Origin: Auanema rhodensis | Lineage: Eukaryota > Animalia > Nematoda | NCBI GenBank assembly: GCA_964057225.1 | Contig: OZ059895.1 | Location: 4,340,001 to 4,404,000, forward strand | Reading direction: 5' to 3' | Length of the DNA stretch: 64,000 nucleotides | Shown here: piece after piece, positions 50,201-64,000 of the stretch | How positions within the stretch are numbered: position 1 is the stretch's first letter | How the letters are laid out: each line of letters starts with the position of its first letter | Notes under the pieces: model-generated | What the model was told of the DNA's origin: nothing | The model's database searches: none | Seen by the model: the letters and a program-made list of their open reading frames with translations, nothing else | Made by a program: the position numbers and the translations under genes

Positions 50201-53200
50201 GTGAACTTATATCAGTTGATATCTCGGTGCATTTTTAAGCTAGCGCAAATCTGATAACACAGATCGACGCAGCTTAAAAATCCGCATCGAATGCACTATA
50301 CTACATTGAGAAACGCTTAATACAAAAATTAGTTATGATCGTTTGAAAAATGATGCATTAGTGTATGTTGAGTTTCCATGTACACTCAACATTGCTTCCA
50401 AAAACATTTTGACAAAAATTTTTTCGAAAAATTTCAAAATAATTTAGCAAAAAGTAGATGTTTTTAGATTCCTTTTTTTAAGGCAAAAATGATGGACAAT
50501 GTTATTAAACGAAAAAATTAATTCTTCAGGGTGAAAATCGAGGATATAAGTGTGAACTTATATCAGTTGATATCTCGGTGCATTTTTAAGCTAGCGCAAA
50601 TCTGATAACACAGATCGACGCAGCTTAAAAATCCGCATCGAATGCACTATACTACATTGAGAAACGCTTAATACAAAAATTAGTTATGATCGTTTGAAAA
50701 ATGATGCATTAGTGTATGTTGAGTTTCCATGTACACTCAACATTGCTTCCAAAAACATTTTGACAAAAATTTTTTCGAAAAATTTCAAAATAATTTAGCA
50801 AAAAGTAGATGTTTTTAGATTCCTTTTTTTAAGGCAAAAATGATGGACAATGTTATTAAACGAAAAAATTAATTCTTCAGGGTGAAAATCGAGGATATAA
50901 GTGTGAACTTATATCAGTTGATATCTCGGTGCATTTTTAAGCTAGCGCAAATCTGATAACACAGATCGACGCAGCTTAAAAATCCGCATCGAATGCACTA
51001 TACTACATTGAGAAACGCTTAATACAAAAATTAGTTATGATCGTTTGAAAAATGATGCATTAGTGTATGTTGAGTTTCCATGTACACTCAACATTGCTTC
51101 CAAAAACATTTTGACAAAAATTTTTTCGAAAAATTTCAAAATAATTTAGCAAAAAGTAGATGTTTTTAGATTCCTTTTTTTAAGGCAAAGATGATGGACA
51201 ATGTTATTCAACGAAAAAATTAATTCTTCAGGGTGAAAATCGAGGATATAAGTGTGAACTTATATCAGTTGATATCTCGGTGCATTTTTAAGCTAGCGCA
51301 AATCTGATAACACAGATCGACGCAGCTTAAAAATCCGCATCGAATGCACTATACTACATTGAGAAACGCTTAATACAAAAATTAGTTATGATCGTTTGAA
51401 AAATGATGCATTAGTGTATGTTGAGTTTCCATGTACACTCAACATTGCTTCCAAAAACATTTTGACAAAAATTTTTTCGAAAAATTTCAAAATAATTTAG
51501 CAAAAAGTAGATGTTTTTAGATTCCTTTTTTTGAGGCAAAAATGATGGACAATGTTATTAAACGAAAAAATTAATTCTTCAGGGTGAAAATCGAGGATAT
51601 AAGTGTGAACTTATATCAGTTGATATCTCGGTGCATTTTTAAGCTAGCGCAAATCTGATAACACAGATCGACGCAGCTTAAAAATCCGCATCGAATGCAC
51701 TATACTACATTGAAAAACGCTTAATACAAAAATTAGTTATGATCGTTTGAAAAATGATGCATTAGTGTATGTTGAGTTTCCATGTACACTCAACATTGCT
51801 TCCAAAAACATTTTGACAAAAATTTTTTCGAAAAATTTCAAGATAATTTAGCAAAAAGTAGATGTTTTTAGATTCCTTTTTTTGAGGCAAAAATGATGGA
51901 CAATGTTATTAAACGAAAAAATTAATTCTTCAGGGTGAAAATCGAGGATATAAGTGTGAACTTATATCAGTTGATATCTCGGTGCATTTTTAAGCTAGCG
52001 CAAATCTGATAACACAGATCGACGCAGCTTAAAAATCCGCATCGAATGCACTATACTACATTGAGAAACGCTTAATACAAAAATTAGTTATGATCGTTTG
52101 AAAAATGATGCATTAGTGTATGTTGAGTTTCCATGTACACTCAACATTGCTTCCAAAAACATTTTGACAAAAATTTTTTCGAAAAATTTCAAAATAATTT
52201 AGCAAAAAGTAGATGTTTTTAGATTCCTTTTTTTAAGGCAAAGATGATGGACAATGTTATTCAACGAAAAAATTAATTCTTCAGGGTGAAAATCGAGGAT
52301 ATAAGTGTGAACTTATATCAGTTGATATCTCGGTGCATTTTTAAGCTAGCGCAAATCTGATAACACAGATCGACGCAGCTTAAAAATCCGCATCGAATGC
52401 ACTATACTACATTGAGAAACGCTTAATACAAAAATTAGTTATGATCGTTTGAAAAATGATGCATTAGTGTATGTTGAGTTTCCATGTACACTCAACATTG
52501 CTTCCAAAAACATTTTGACAAAAATTTTTTCGAAAAATTTCAAAATAATTTAGCAAAAAGTAGATGTTTTTAGATTCCTTTTTTTAAGGCAAAAATGATG
52601 GACAATGTTATTAAACGAAAAAATTAATTCTTCAGGGTGAAAATCGAGGATATAAGTGTGAACTTATATCAGTTGATATCTCGGTGCATTTTTAAGCTAG
52701 CGCAAATCTGATAACACAGATCGACGCAGCTTAAAAATCCGCATCGAATGCACTATACTACATTGAGAAACGCTTAATACAAAAATTAGTTATGATCGTT
52801 TGAAAAATGATGCATTAGTGTATGTTGAGTTTCCATGTACACTCAACATTGCTTCCAAAAACATTTTGACAAAAATTTTTTCGAAAAATTTCAAAATAAT
52901 TTAGCAAAAAGTAGATGTTTTTAGATTCCTTTTTTTGAGGCAAAAATGATGGACAATGTTATTAAACGAAAAAATTAATTCTTCAGGGTGAAAATCGAGG
53001 ATATAAGTGTGAACTTATATCAGTTGATATCTCGGTGCATTTTTAAGCTAGCGCAAATCTGATAACACAGATCGACGCAGCTTAAAAATCCGCATCGAAT
53101 GCACTATACTACATTGAGAAACGCTTAATACAAAAATTAGTTATGATCGTTTGAAAAATGATGCATTAGTGTATGTTGAGTTTCCATGTACACTCAACAT

Positions 53201-56200
53201 TGCTTCCAAAAACATTTTGACAAAAATTTTTTCGAAAAATTTCAAGATAATTTAGCAAAAAGTAGATGTTTTTAGATTCCTTTTTTTGAGGCAAAAATGA
53301 TGGACAATGTTATTAAACGAAAAAATTAATTCTTCAGGGTGAAAATCGAGGATATAAGTGTGAACTTATATCAGTTGATATCTCGGTGCATTTTTAAGCT
53401 AGCGCAAATCTGATAACACAGATCGACGCAGCTTAAAAATCCGCATCGAATGCACTATACTACATTGAGAAACGCTTAATACAAAAATTAGTTATGATCG
53501 TTTGAAAAATGATGCATTAGTGTATGTTGAGTTTCCATGTACACTCAACATTGCTTCCAAAAACATTTTGACAAAAATTTTTTCGAAAAATTTCAAAATA
53601 ATTTAGCAAAAAGTAGATGTTTTTAGATTCCTTTTTTTAAGGCAAAGATGATGGACAATGTTATTCAACGAAAAAATTAATTCTTCAGGGTGAAAATCGA
53701 GGATATAAGTGTGAACTTATATCAGTTGATATCTCGGTGCATTTTTAAGCTAGCGCAAATCTGATAACACAGATCGACGCAGCTTAAAAATCCGCATCGA
53801 ATGCACTATACTACATTGAGAAACGCTTAATACAAAAATTAGTTATGATCGTTTGAAAAATGATGCATTAGTGTATGTTGAGTTTCCATGTACACTCAAC
53901 ATTGCTTCCAAAAACATTTTGACAAAAATTTTTTCGAAAAATTTCAAAATAATTTAGCAAAAAGTAGATGTTTTTAGATTCCTTTTTTTAAGGCAAAGAT
54001 GATGGACAATGTTATTCAACGAAAAAATTAATTCTTCAGGGTGAAAATCGAGGATATAAGTGTGAACTTATATCAGTTGATATCTCGGTGCATTTTTAAG
54101 CTAGCGCAAATCTGATAACACAGATCGACGCAGCTTAAAAATCCGCATCGAATGCACTATACTACATTGAGAAACGCTTAATACAAAAATTAGTTATGAT
54201 CGTTTGAAAAATGATGCATTAGTGTATGTTGAGTTTCCATGTACACTCAACATTGCTTCCAAAAACATTTTGACAAAAATTTTTTCGAAAAATTTCAAAA
54301 TAATTTAGCAAAAAGTAGATGTTTTTAGATTTTTTTTTTAAGGCAAAGATGATGGACAATGTTATTCAACGAAAAAATTAATTCTTCAGGGTGAAAATCG
54401 AGGATATAAGTGTGAACTTATATCAGTTGATATCTCGTTGCATTTTCAAGCTAGCGCAAATCTGATAACACAGATCGACGCAGCTTAAAAATCCGCATCG
54501 AATGCACTATACTACATTGAGAAACGCTTAATACAAAAATTAGTTATGATCGTTTGAAAAATGATGCATTAGTGTATGTTGAGTTTCCATGTACACTCAA
54601 CATTGCTTCCAAAAACATTTTGACAAAAATTTTTTCGAAAAATTTCAAAATAATTTAGCAAAAAGTAGATGTTTTTAGATTCCTTTTTTTAAGGCAAAGA
54701 TGATGGACAATGTTATTCAACGAAAAAATTAATTCTTCAGGGTGAAAATCGAGGATATAAGTGTGAACTTATATCAGTTGATATCTCGGTGCATTTTTAA
54801 GCTAGCGCAAATCTGATAACACAGATCGACGCAGCTTAAAAATCCGCATCGAATGCACTATACTACATTGAGAAACGCTTAATACAAAAATTAGTTATGA
54901 TCGTTTGAAAAATGATGCATTAGTGTATGTTGAGTTTCCATGTACACTCAACATTGCTTCCAAAAACATTTTGACAAAAATTTTTTCGAAAAATTTCAAA
55001 ATAATTTAGCAAAAAGTAGATGTTTTTAGATTTTTTTTTTAAGGCAAAGATGATGGACAATGTTATTCAACGAAAAAATTAATTCTTCAGGGTGAAAATC
55101 GAGGATATAAGTGTGAACTTATATCAGTTGATATCTCGTTGCATTTTCAAGCTAGCGCAAATCTGATAACACAGATCGACGCAGCTTAAAAATCCGCATC
55201 GAATGCACTATACTACATTGAGAAACGCTTAATACAAAAATTAGTTATGATCGTTTGAAAAATGATGCATTAGTGTATGTTGAGTTTCCATGTACACTCA
55301 ACATTGCTTCCAAAAACATTTTGACAAAAATTTTTTCGAAAAATTTTAAAATAATTTAGCAAAAAGTAGATGTTTTTAGATTCCTTTTTTTAAGGCAAAG
55401 ATGATGGACAATGTTATTAAACGAAAAAATTAATTCTTCAGGGTGAAAATCGAGGATATAAGTGTGAACTTATATCAGTTGATATCTCGTTGCATTTTCA
55501 AGCTAGCGCAAATCTGATAACACAGATCGACGCAGCTTAAAAATCCGCATCGAATGCACTATACTACATTGAGAAACGCTTAATACAAAAATTAGTTATG
55601 ATCGTTTGAAAAATGATGCATTAGTGTATGTTGAGTTTCCATGTACACTCAACATTGCTTCCAAAAACATTTTGACAAAAATTTTTTCGAAAAATTTCAA
55701 AATAATTTAGCAAAAAGTAGATGTTTTCAGATTCCTTTTTTTAAGGCAAAGATGATGGACAATGTTATTCAACGAAAAAATTAATTCTTCAGGGTGAAAA
55801 TCGAGGATATAAGTGTGAACTTATATCAGTTGATATCTCGGTGAATTTTTAAGCTAGCGCAAATCTGATAACACAGATCGACGCAGCTTAAAAATCCGCA
55901 TCGAATGCACTATACTACATTGAGAAACGCTTAATACAAAAATTAGTTTTGATCGTTTGAAAAATGATGCATTAGTGTATGTTGAGTTTCCATGTACACT
56001 CAACATTGCTTCCAAAAACATTTTGACAAAAATTTTTTCGAAAAATTTCAAAATAATTTAGCAAAAAGTAGATGTTTTTAGATTTCTTTTTTTAAGGCAA
56101 AAATGATGGACAATGTTATTAAACGAAAAAATTAATTCTTCAGGGTGAAAATCGAGGATATAAGTGTGAACTTATATCAGTTGATATCTCGGTGCATTTT

Positions 56201-59200
56201 TAAGCTAGCGCAAATCTGATAACACAGATCGACGCAGCTTAAAAATCCGCATCGAATGCACTATACTACATTGAGAAACGCTTAATACAAAAATTAGTTA
56301 TGATCGTTTGAAAAATGATGCATTAGTGTATGTTGAGTTTCCATGTACACTCAACATTGCTTCCAAAAACATTTTGACAAAAATTTTTTCGAAAAATTTC
56401 AAAATAATTTAGCAAAAAGTAGATGTTTTTAGATTCCTTTTTTTAAGGCAAAAATGATGGACAATGTTATTAAACGAAAAAATTAATTCTTCAGGGTGAA
56501 AATCGAGGATATAAGTGTGAACTTATATCAGTTGATATCTCGGTGAATTTTTAAGCTAGCGCAAATCTGATAACACAGATCGACGCAGCTTAAAAATCCG
56601 CATCGAATGCACTATACTACATTGAGAAACGCTTAATACAAAAATTAGTTTTGATCGTTTGAAAAATGATGCATTAGTGTATGTTGAGTTTCCATGTACA
56701 CTCAACATTGCTTCCAAAAACATTTTGACAAAAATTTTTTCGAAAAATTTCAAAATAATTTAGCAAAAAGTAGATGTTTTTAGATTTCTTTTTTTAAGGC
56801 AAAAATGATGGACAATGTTATTAAACGAAAAAATTAATTCTTCAGGGTGAAAATCGAGGATATAAGTGTGAACTTATATCAGTTGATATCTCGGTGCATT
56901 TTTAAGCTAGCGCAAATCTGATAACACAGATCGACGCAGCTTAAAAATCCGCATCGAATGCACTATACTACATTGAGAAACGCTTAATACAAAACTTAGT
57001 TATGATCGTTTGAAAAATGATGCATTAGTGTATGTTGAGTTTCCATGTACACTCAACATTGCTTCCAAAAACATTTTGACAAAAATTTTTTCGAAAAATT
57101 TCAAAATAATTTAGCAAAAAGTAGATGTTTGTAGATTCCTTTTTTTAAGGCAAAGATGATGGACAATGTTATTCAACGAAAAAATTAATTCTTCAGGGTG
57201 AAAATCGAGGATATAAGTGTGAACTTATATCAGTTGATATCTCGTTGCATTTTTAAGCTAGCGCAAATCTGATAACACAGATCGACGCAGCTTAAAAATC
57301 CGCATCGAATGCACTATACTACACTGAGAAACGCTTAATACAAAAATTAGTTATGATCGTTTGAAAAATGATGCATTAGTGTATGTTGAGTTTCCATGTA
57401 CACTCAACATTGCTTCCAAAAACATTTTGACGAAAATTTTTTCGAAAAATTTCAAAATAATTTAGCAAAAAGTAGTTGTTTGTAGATTCCTTTTTTTAAG
57501 GCAAAGATGATGGACAATGTTATTCAACGAAAAAATTAATTCTTCAGGGTGAAAATCGAGGATATAAGTGTGAACTTATATCAGTTGATATCTCGTTGCA
57601 TTTTTAAGCTAGCGCAAATCTGATAACACAGATCGACGCAGCTTAAAAATCCGCATCGAATGCACTATACTACACTGAGAAACGCTTAATACAAAAATTA
57701 GTTATGATCGTTTGAAAAATGATGCATTAGTGTATGTTGAGTTTCCATGTACACTCAACATTGCTTCCAAAAACATTTTGACGAAAATTTTTTCGAAAAA
57801 TTTCAAAATAATTTAGCAAAAAGTAGTTGTTTGTAGATTCCTTTTTTTAAGGCAAAGATGATGGACAATGTTATTCAACGAAAAAATTAATTCTTCAGGG
57901 TGAAAATCGAGGATATAAGTGTGAACTTATATCAGTTGATATCTCGTTGCATTTTGAAGCTAGCGCAAATCTGATAACACAGATCGACGCAGCTTAAAAA
58001 TCCGCATCGAATGCACTATACTACATTGAGAAACGCTTAATACAAAAATTAGTTATGATCGTTTGAAAAATGATGCATTAGTGTATGTTGAGTTTCCATG
58101 TACACTCAACATTGCTTCCAAAAACATTTTGACAAAAATTTTTTCGAAAAATTTCAAAATAATTTAGCAAAAAGTAGATGTTTTTAGATTCCTTTTTTCA
58201 AGGCAAAGATGATGGACAATGTTATTCAACGAAAAAATTAATTCTTCAGGGTGAAAATCGAGGATATAAGTGTGAACTTATATCAGTTGATATCTCGTTG
58301 CATTTTCAAGCTAGCGCAAATCTGATAACACAGATCGACGCAGCTTAAAAATCCGCATCGAATGCACTATACTACATTGAGAAACGCTTAATACAAAAAT
58401 TAGTTATGATCGTTTGAAAAATGATGCATTAGTGTATGTTGAGTTTCCATGTACACTCAACATTGCTTCCAAAAACATTTTGACAAAAATTTTTTCGAAA
58501 AATTTCAAAATAATTTAGCAAAAAGTAGATGTTTTTAGATTCCTTTTTTTAAGGCAAAGATGATGGACAATGTTATTAAACGAAAAAATTAATTCTTCAG
58601 GGTGAAAATCGAGGATATAAGTGTGAACTTATATCAGTTGATATCTCGGTGCATTTTCAAGCTAGCGCAAATCTGATAACACAGATCGACGCAGCTTAAA
58701 AATCCGCATCGAATGCACTATACTACATTGAGAAACGCTTAATACAAAAATTAGTTATGATCGTTTGAAAAATGATGCATTAGTGTATGTTGAGTTTCCA
58801 TGTACACTCAACATTGCTTCCAAAAACATTTTGACAAAAATTTTTTCGAAAAATTTCAAAATAATTTAGCAAAAAGTAGATGTTTTTAGATTCCTTTTTT
58901 TAAGGCAAAGATGATGGACAATGTTATTCAACGAAAAAATTAATTCTTCAGGGTGAAAATCGAGGATATAAGTGTGAACTTATATCAGTTGATATCTCGT
59001 TGCATTTTCAAGCTAGCGCAAATCTGATAACACAGATCGACGCAGCTTAAAAATCCGCATCGAATGCACTATACTACATTGAGAAACGCTTAATACAAAA
59101 ATTAGTTATGATCGTTTGAAAAATGATGCATTAGTGTATGTTGAGTTTCCATGTACACTCAACATTGCTTCCAAAAACATTTTGACAAAAATTTTTTCGA

Positions 59201-62200
59201 AAAATTTCAAAATAATTTAGCAAAAAGTAGATGTTTTTAGATTCCTTTTTTTAAGGCAAAAATGATGGACAATGTTATTAAACGAAAAAATTAATTCTTC
59301 AGGGTGAAAATCGAGGATATAAGTGTGAACTTATATCAGTTGATATCTCGGTGCATTTTTAAGCTAGCGCAAATCTGATAACACAGATCGACGCAGCTTA
59401 AAAATCCGCATCGAATGCACTATACTACATTGAGAAACGCTTAATACAAAAATTAGTTATGATCGTTTGAAAAATGATGCATTAGTGTATGTTGAGTTTC
59501 CATGTACACTCAACATTGCTTCCAAAAACATTTTGACAAAAATTTTTTCGAAAAATTTCAAAATAATTTAGCAAAAAGTAGATGTTTTTAGATTCCTTTT
59601 TTTAAGGCAAAAATGATGGACAATGTTATTAAACGAAAAAATTAATTCTTCAGGGTGAAAATCGAGGATATAAGTGTGAACTTATATCAGTTGATATCTC
59701 GGTGCATTTTTAAGCTAGCGCAAATCTGATAACACAGATCGACGCAGCTTAAAAATCCGCATCGAATGCACTATACTACATTGAGAAACGCTTAATACAA
59801 AAATTAGTTATGATCGTTTGAAAAATGATGCATTAGTGTATGTTGAGTTTCCATGTACACTCAACATTGCTTCCAAAAACATTTTGACAAAAATTTTTTC
59901 GAAAAATTTCAAAATAATTTAGCAAAAAGTAGATGTTTTTAGATTCCTTTTTTTAAGGCAAAAATGATGGACAATGTTATTAAACGAAAAAATTAATTCT
60001 TCAGGGTGAAAATCGAGGATATAAGTGTGAACTTATATCAGTTGATATCTCGGTGAATTTTTAAGCTAGCGCAAATCTGATAACACAGATCGACGCAGCT
60101 TAAAAATCCGCATCGAATGCACTATACTACATTGAGAAACGCTTAATACAAAAATTAGTTTTGATCGTTTGAAAAATGATGCATTAGTGTATGTTGAGTT
60201 TCCATGTACACTCAACATTGCTTCCAAAAACATTTTGACAAAAATTTTTTCGAAAAATTTCAAAATAATTTAGCAAAAAGTAGATGTTTTTAGATTTCTT
60301 TTTTTAAGGCAAAAATGATGGACAATGTTATTAAACGAAAAAATTAATTCTTCAGGGTGAAAATCGAGGATATAAGTGTGAACTTATATCAGTTGATATC
60401 TCGGTGCATTTTTAAGCTAGCGCAAATCTGATAACACAGATCGACGCAGCTTAAAAATCCGCATCGAATGCACTATACTACATTGAGAAACGCTTAATAC
60501 AAAACTTAGTTATGATCGTTTGAAAAATGATGCATTAGTGTATGTTGAGTTTCCATGTACACTCAACATTGCTTCCAAAAACATTTTGACAAAAATTTTT
60601 TCGAAAAATTTCAAAATAATTTAGCAAAAAGTAGATGTTTGTAGATTCCTTTTTTTAAGGCAAAGATGATGGACAATGTTATTCAACGAAAAAATTAATT
60701 CTTCAGGGTGAAAATCGAGGATATAAGTGTGAACTTATATCAGTTGATATCTCGTTGCATTTTGAAGCTAGCGCAAATCTGATAACACAGATCGACGCAG
60801 CTTAAAAATCCGCATCGAATGCACTATACTACATTGAGAAACGCTTAATACAAAAATTAGTTATGATCGTTTGAAAAATGATGCATTAGTGTATGTTGAG
60901 TTTCCATGTACACTCAACATTGCTTCCAAAAACATTTTGACAAAAATTTTTTCGAAAAATTTCAAAATAATTTAGCAAAAAGTAGATGTTTTTAGATTCC
61001 TTTTTTCAAGGCAAAGATGATGGACAATGTTATTCAACGAAAAAATTAATTCTTCAGGGTGAAAATCGAGGATATAAGTGTGAACTTATATCAGTTGATA
61101 TCTCGTTGCATTTTCAAGCTAGCGCAAATCTGATAACACAGATCGACGCAGCTTAAAAATCCGCATCGAATGCACTATACTACATTGAGAAACGCTTAAT
61201 ACAAAAATTAGTTATGATCGTTTGAAAAATGATGCATTAGTGTATGTTGAGTTTCCATGTACACTCAACATTGCTTCCAAAAACATTTTGACAAAAATTT
61301 TTTCGAAAAATTTCAAAATAATTTAGCAAAAAGTAGATGTTTTTAGATTCCTTTTTTTAAGGCAAAGATGATGGACAATGTTATTAAACGAAAAAATTAA
61401 TTCTTCAGGGTGAAAATCGAGGATATAAGTGTGAACTTATATCAGTTGATATCTCGGTGCATTTTCAAGCTAGCGCAAATCTGATAACACAGATCGACGC
61501 AGCTTAAAAATCCGCATCGAATGCACTATACTACATTGAGAAACGCTTAATACAAAAATTAGTTATGATCGTTTGAAAAATGATGCATTAGTGTATGTTG
61601 AGTTTCCATGTACACTCAACATTGCTTCCAAAAACATTTTGACAAAAATTTTTTCGAAAAATTTCAAAATAATTTAGCAAAAAGTAGATGTTTTTAGATT
61701 CCTTTTTTTAAGGCAAAGATGATGGACAATGTTATTCAACGAAAAAATTAATTCTTCAGGGTGAAAATCGAGGATATAAGTGTGAACTTATATCAGTTGA
61801 TATCTCGTTGCATTTTCAAGCTAGCGCAAATCTGATAACACAGATCGACGCAGCTTAAAAATCCGCATCGAATGCACTATACTACATTGAGAAACGCTTA
61901 ATACAAAAATTAGTTATGATCGTTTGAAAAATGATGCATTAGTGTATGTTGAGTTTCCATGTACACTCAACATTGCTTCCAAAAACATTTTGACAAAAAT
62001 TTTTTCGAAAAATTTCAAGATAATTTAGCAAAAAGTAGATGTTTTTAGATTCCTTTTTTTAAGGCAAAGATGATGGACAATGTTATTCAACGAAAAAATT
62101 AATTCTTCAGGGTGAAAATCGAGGATATAAGTGTGAACTTATATCAGTTGATATCTCGGTGAATTTTTAAGCTAGCGCAAATCTGATAAAACAGATCGAC

Positions 62201-64000
62201 GCAGCTTAAAAATCCGCATCGAATGCACTATACTACATTGAGAAACGCTTAATACAAAAATTAGTTATGATCGTTTGAAAAATGATGCATTAGTGTATGT
62301 TGAGTTTCCATGTACACTCAACATTGCTTCCAAAAACATTTTGACAAAAATGTTTTCAAAAAATTTCAAAATAATTTAGCAAAAAGTAGATGTTTTTAGA
62401 TTCCTTTTTTTAAGGCAAAGATGATGGACAATGTTATTCAACGAAAAAATTAATTCTTCAGGGTGAAAATCGAGGATATAAGTGTGAACTTATATCAGTT
62501 GATATCTCGTTGCATTTTCAAGCTAGCGCAAATCTGATAACACAGATCGACGCAGCTTAAAAATCCGCATCGAATGCACTATACTACATTGAGAAACGCT
62601 TAATACAAAAATTAGTTATGATCGTTTGAAAAATGATGCATTAGTGTATGTTGAGTTTCCATGTACACTCAACATTGCTTCCAAAAACATTTTGACAAAA
62701 ATTTTTTCGAAAAATTTCAAAATAATTTAGCAAAAAGTAGATGTTTTTAGATTCCTTTTTTTAAGGCAAAAATGATGGACAATGTTATTAAACGAAAAAA
62801 TTAATTCTTCAGGGTGAAAATCGAGGATATAAGTGTGAACTTATATCAGTTGATATCTCGGTGCATTTTTAAGCTAGCGCAAATCTGATAACACAGATCG
62901 ACGCAGCTTAAAAATCCGCATCGAATGCACTATACTACATTGAGAAACGCTTAATACAAAAATTAGTTATGATCGTTTGAAAAATGATGCATTAGTGTAT
63001 GTTGAGTTTCCATGTACACTCAACATTGCTTCCAAAAACATTTTGACAAAAATTTTTTCGAAAAATTTCAAAATAATTTAGCAAAAAGTAGATGTTTTTA
63101 GATTCCTTTTTTTAAGGCAAAAATGATGGACAATGTTATTAAACGAAAAAATTAATTCTTCAGGGTGAAAATCGAGGATATAAGTGTGAACTTATATCAG
63201 TTGATATCTCGGTGCATTTTTAAGCTAGCGCAAATCTGATAACACAGATCGACGCAGCTTAAAAATCCGCATCGAATGCACTATACTACATTGAGAAACG
63301 CTTAATACAAAAATTAGTTATGATCGTTTGAAAAATGATGCATTAGTGTATGTTGAGTTTCCATGTACACTCAACATTGCTTCCAAAAACATTTTGACAA
63401 AAATTTTTTCGAAAAATTTCAAAATAATTTAGCAAAAAGTAGATGTTTTTAGATTCCTTTTTTTAAGGCAAAAATGATGGACAATGTTATTAAACGAAAA
63501 AATTAATTCTTCAGGGTGAAAATCGAGGATATAAGTGTGAACTTATATCAGTTGATATCTCGGTGCATTTTTAAGCTAGCGCAAATCTGATAACACAGAT
63601 CGACGCAGCTTAAAAATCCGCATCGAATGCACTATACTACATTGAGAAACGCTTAATACAAAAATTAGTTATGATCGTTTGAAAAATGATGCATTAGTGT
63701 ATGTTGAGTTTCCATGTACACTCAACATTGCTTCCAAAAACATTTTGACAAAAATTTTTTCGAAAAATTTCAAAATAATTTAGCAAAAAGTAGATGTTTT
63801 TAGATTCCTTTTTTTAAGGCAAAGATGATGGACAATGTTATTCAACGAAAAAATTAATTCTTCAGGGTGAAAATCGAGGATATAAGTGTGAACTTATATC
63901 AGTTGATATCTCGTTGCATTTTCAAGCTAGCGCAAATCTGATAACACAGATCGACGCAGCTTAAAAATCCGCATCGAATGCACTATACTACATTGAGAAA
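8258..64000. repeat. 351-bp tandem satellite array, right segment (about 159 head-to-tail monomers, continuing past the window end)
   Basis: The same monomer resumes in register after the insertion (ACAC-TCAACATTGC at 8258) and continues in one orientation. Only SNVs and rare 1-bp homopolymer indels were seen. Confidence 0.99.

Noticed and set aside
55854-60263. Three identical 65-aa minus-strand ORFs (55854, 56556, 60066)
   Set aside because: They are satellite monomers in which one A>T change (55949, 56651, 60161) removes a TAA stop. They show no protein features and are closed in the other monomers.
8258-64000. CRISPR-like array (palindromic repeats at regular spacing next to an RT/integrase)
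   Set aside because: There are no unique spacers because the whole 351 bp repeats. There are no cas genes, and the RT/IN belong to a standard Gypsy element.

Overview
Eukaryotic heterochromatin-like window with two components. (1) About 57 kb of a highly homogeneous, AT-rich 351-bp tandem satellite (about 163 monomers, running off both ends of the window). It has a few recurrent variant sites and nested, irregular higher-order duplications. (2) One intact, apparently very young Ty3/Gypsy LTR retrotransposon on the minus strand (1450-8257). It has 484-bp LTRs in which I saw no differences by eye, a 4-bp ACAC target-site duplication, a tRNA-Pro-type primer-binding site, a polypurine tract and a single 1774-aa Gag-PR-RT-RH-IN ORF. 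The PBS matches the nematode-type tRNA-Pro 3' end as I recall it, so the host is probably a nematode (inference). The main unexplained structure is inside the satellite monomer, which is a chain of inverted repeats. These include a 28-bp near-palindrome (where the retrotransposon inserted), a 67-nt hairpin, a GTGA-loop hairpin and a degenerate ~120-bp dyad-symmetric module. No host genes, RNA genes or CRISPR arrays are supported, and I cannot establish a new biological system from sequence alone. All comparisons were made by eye.
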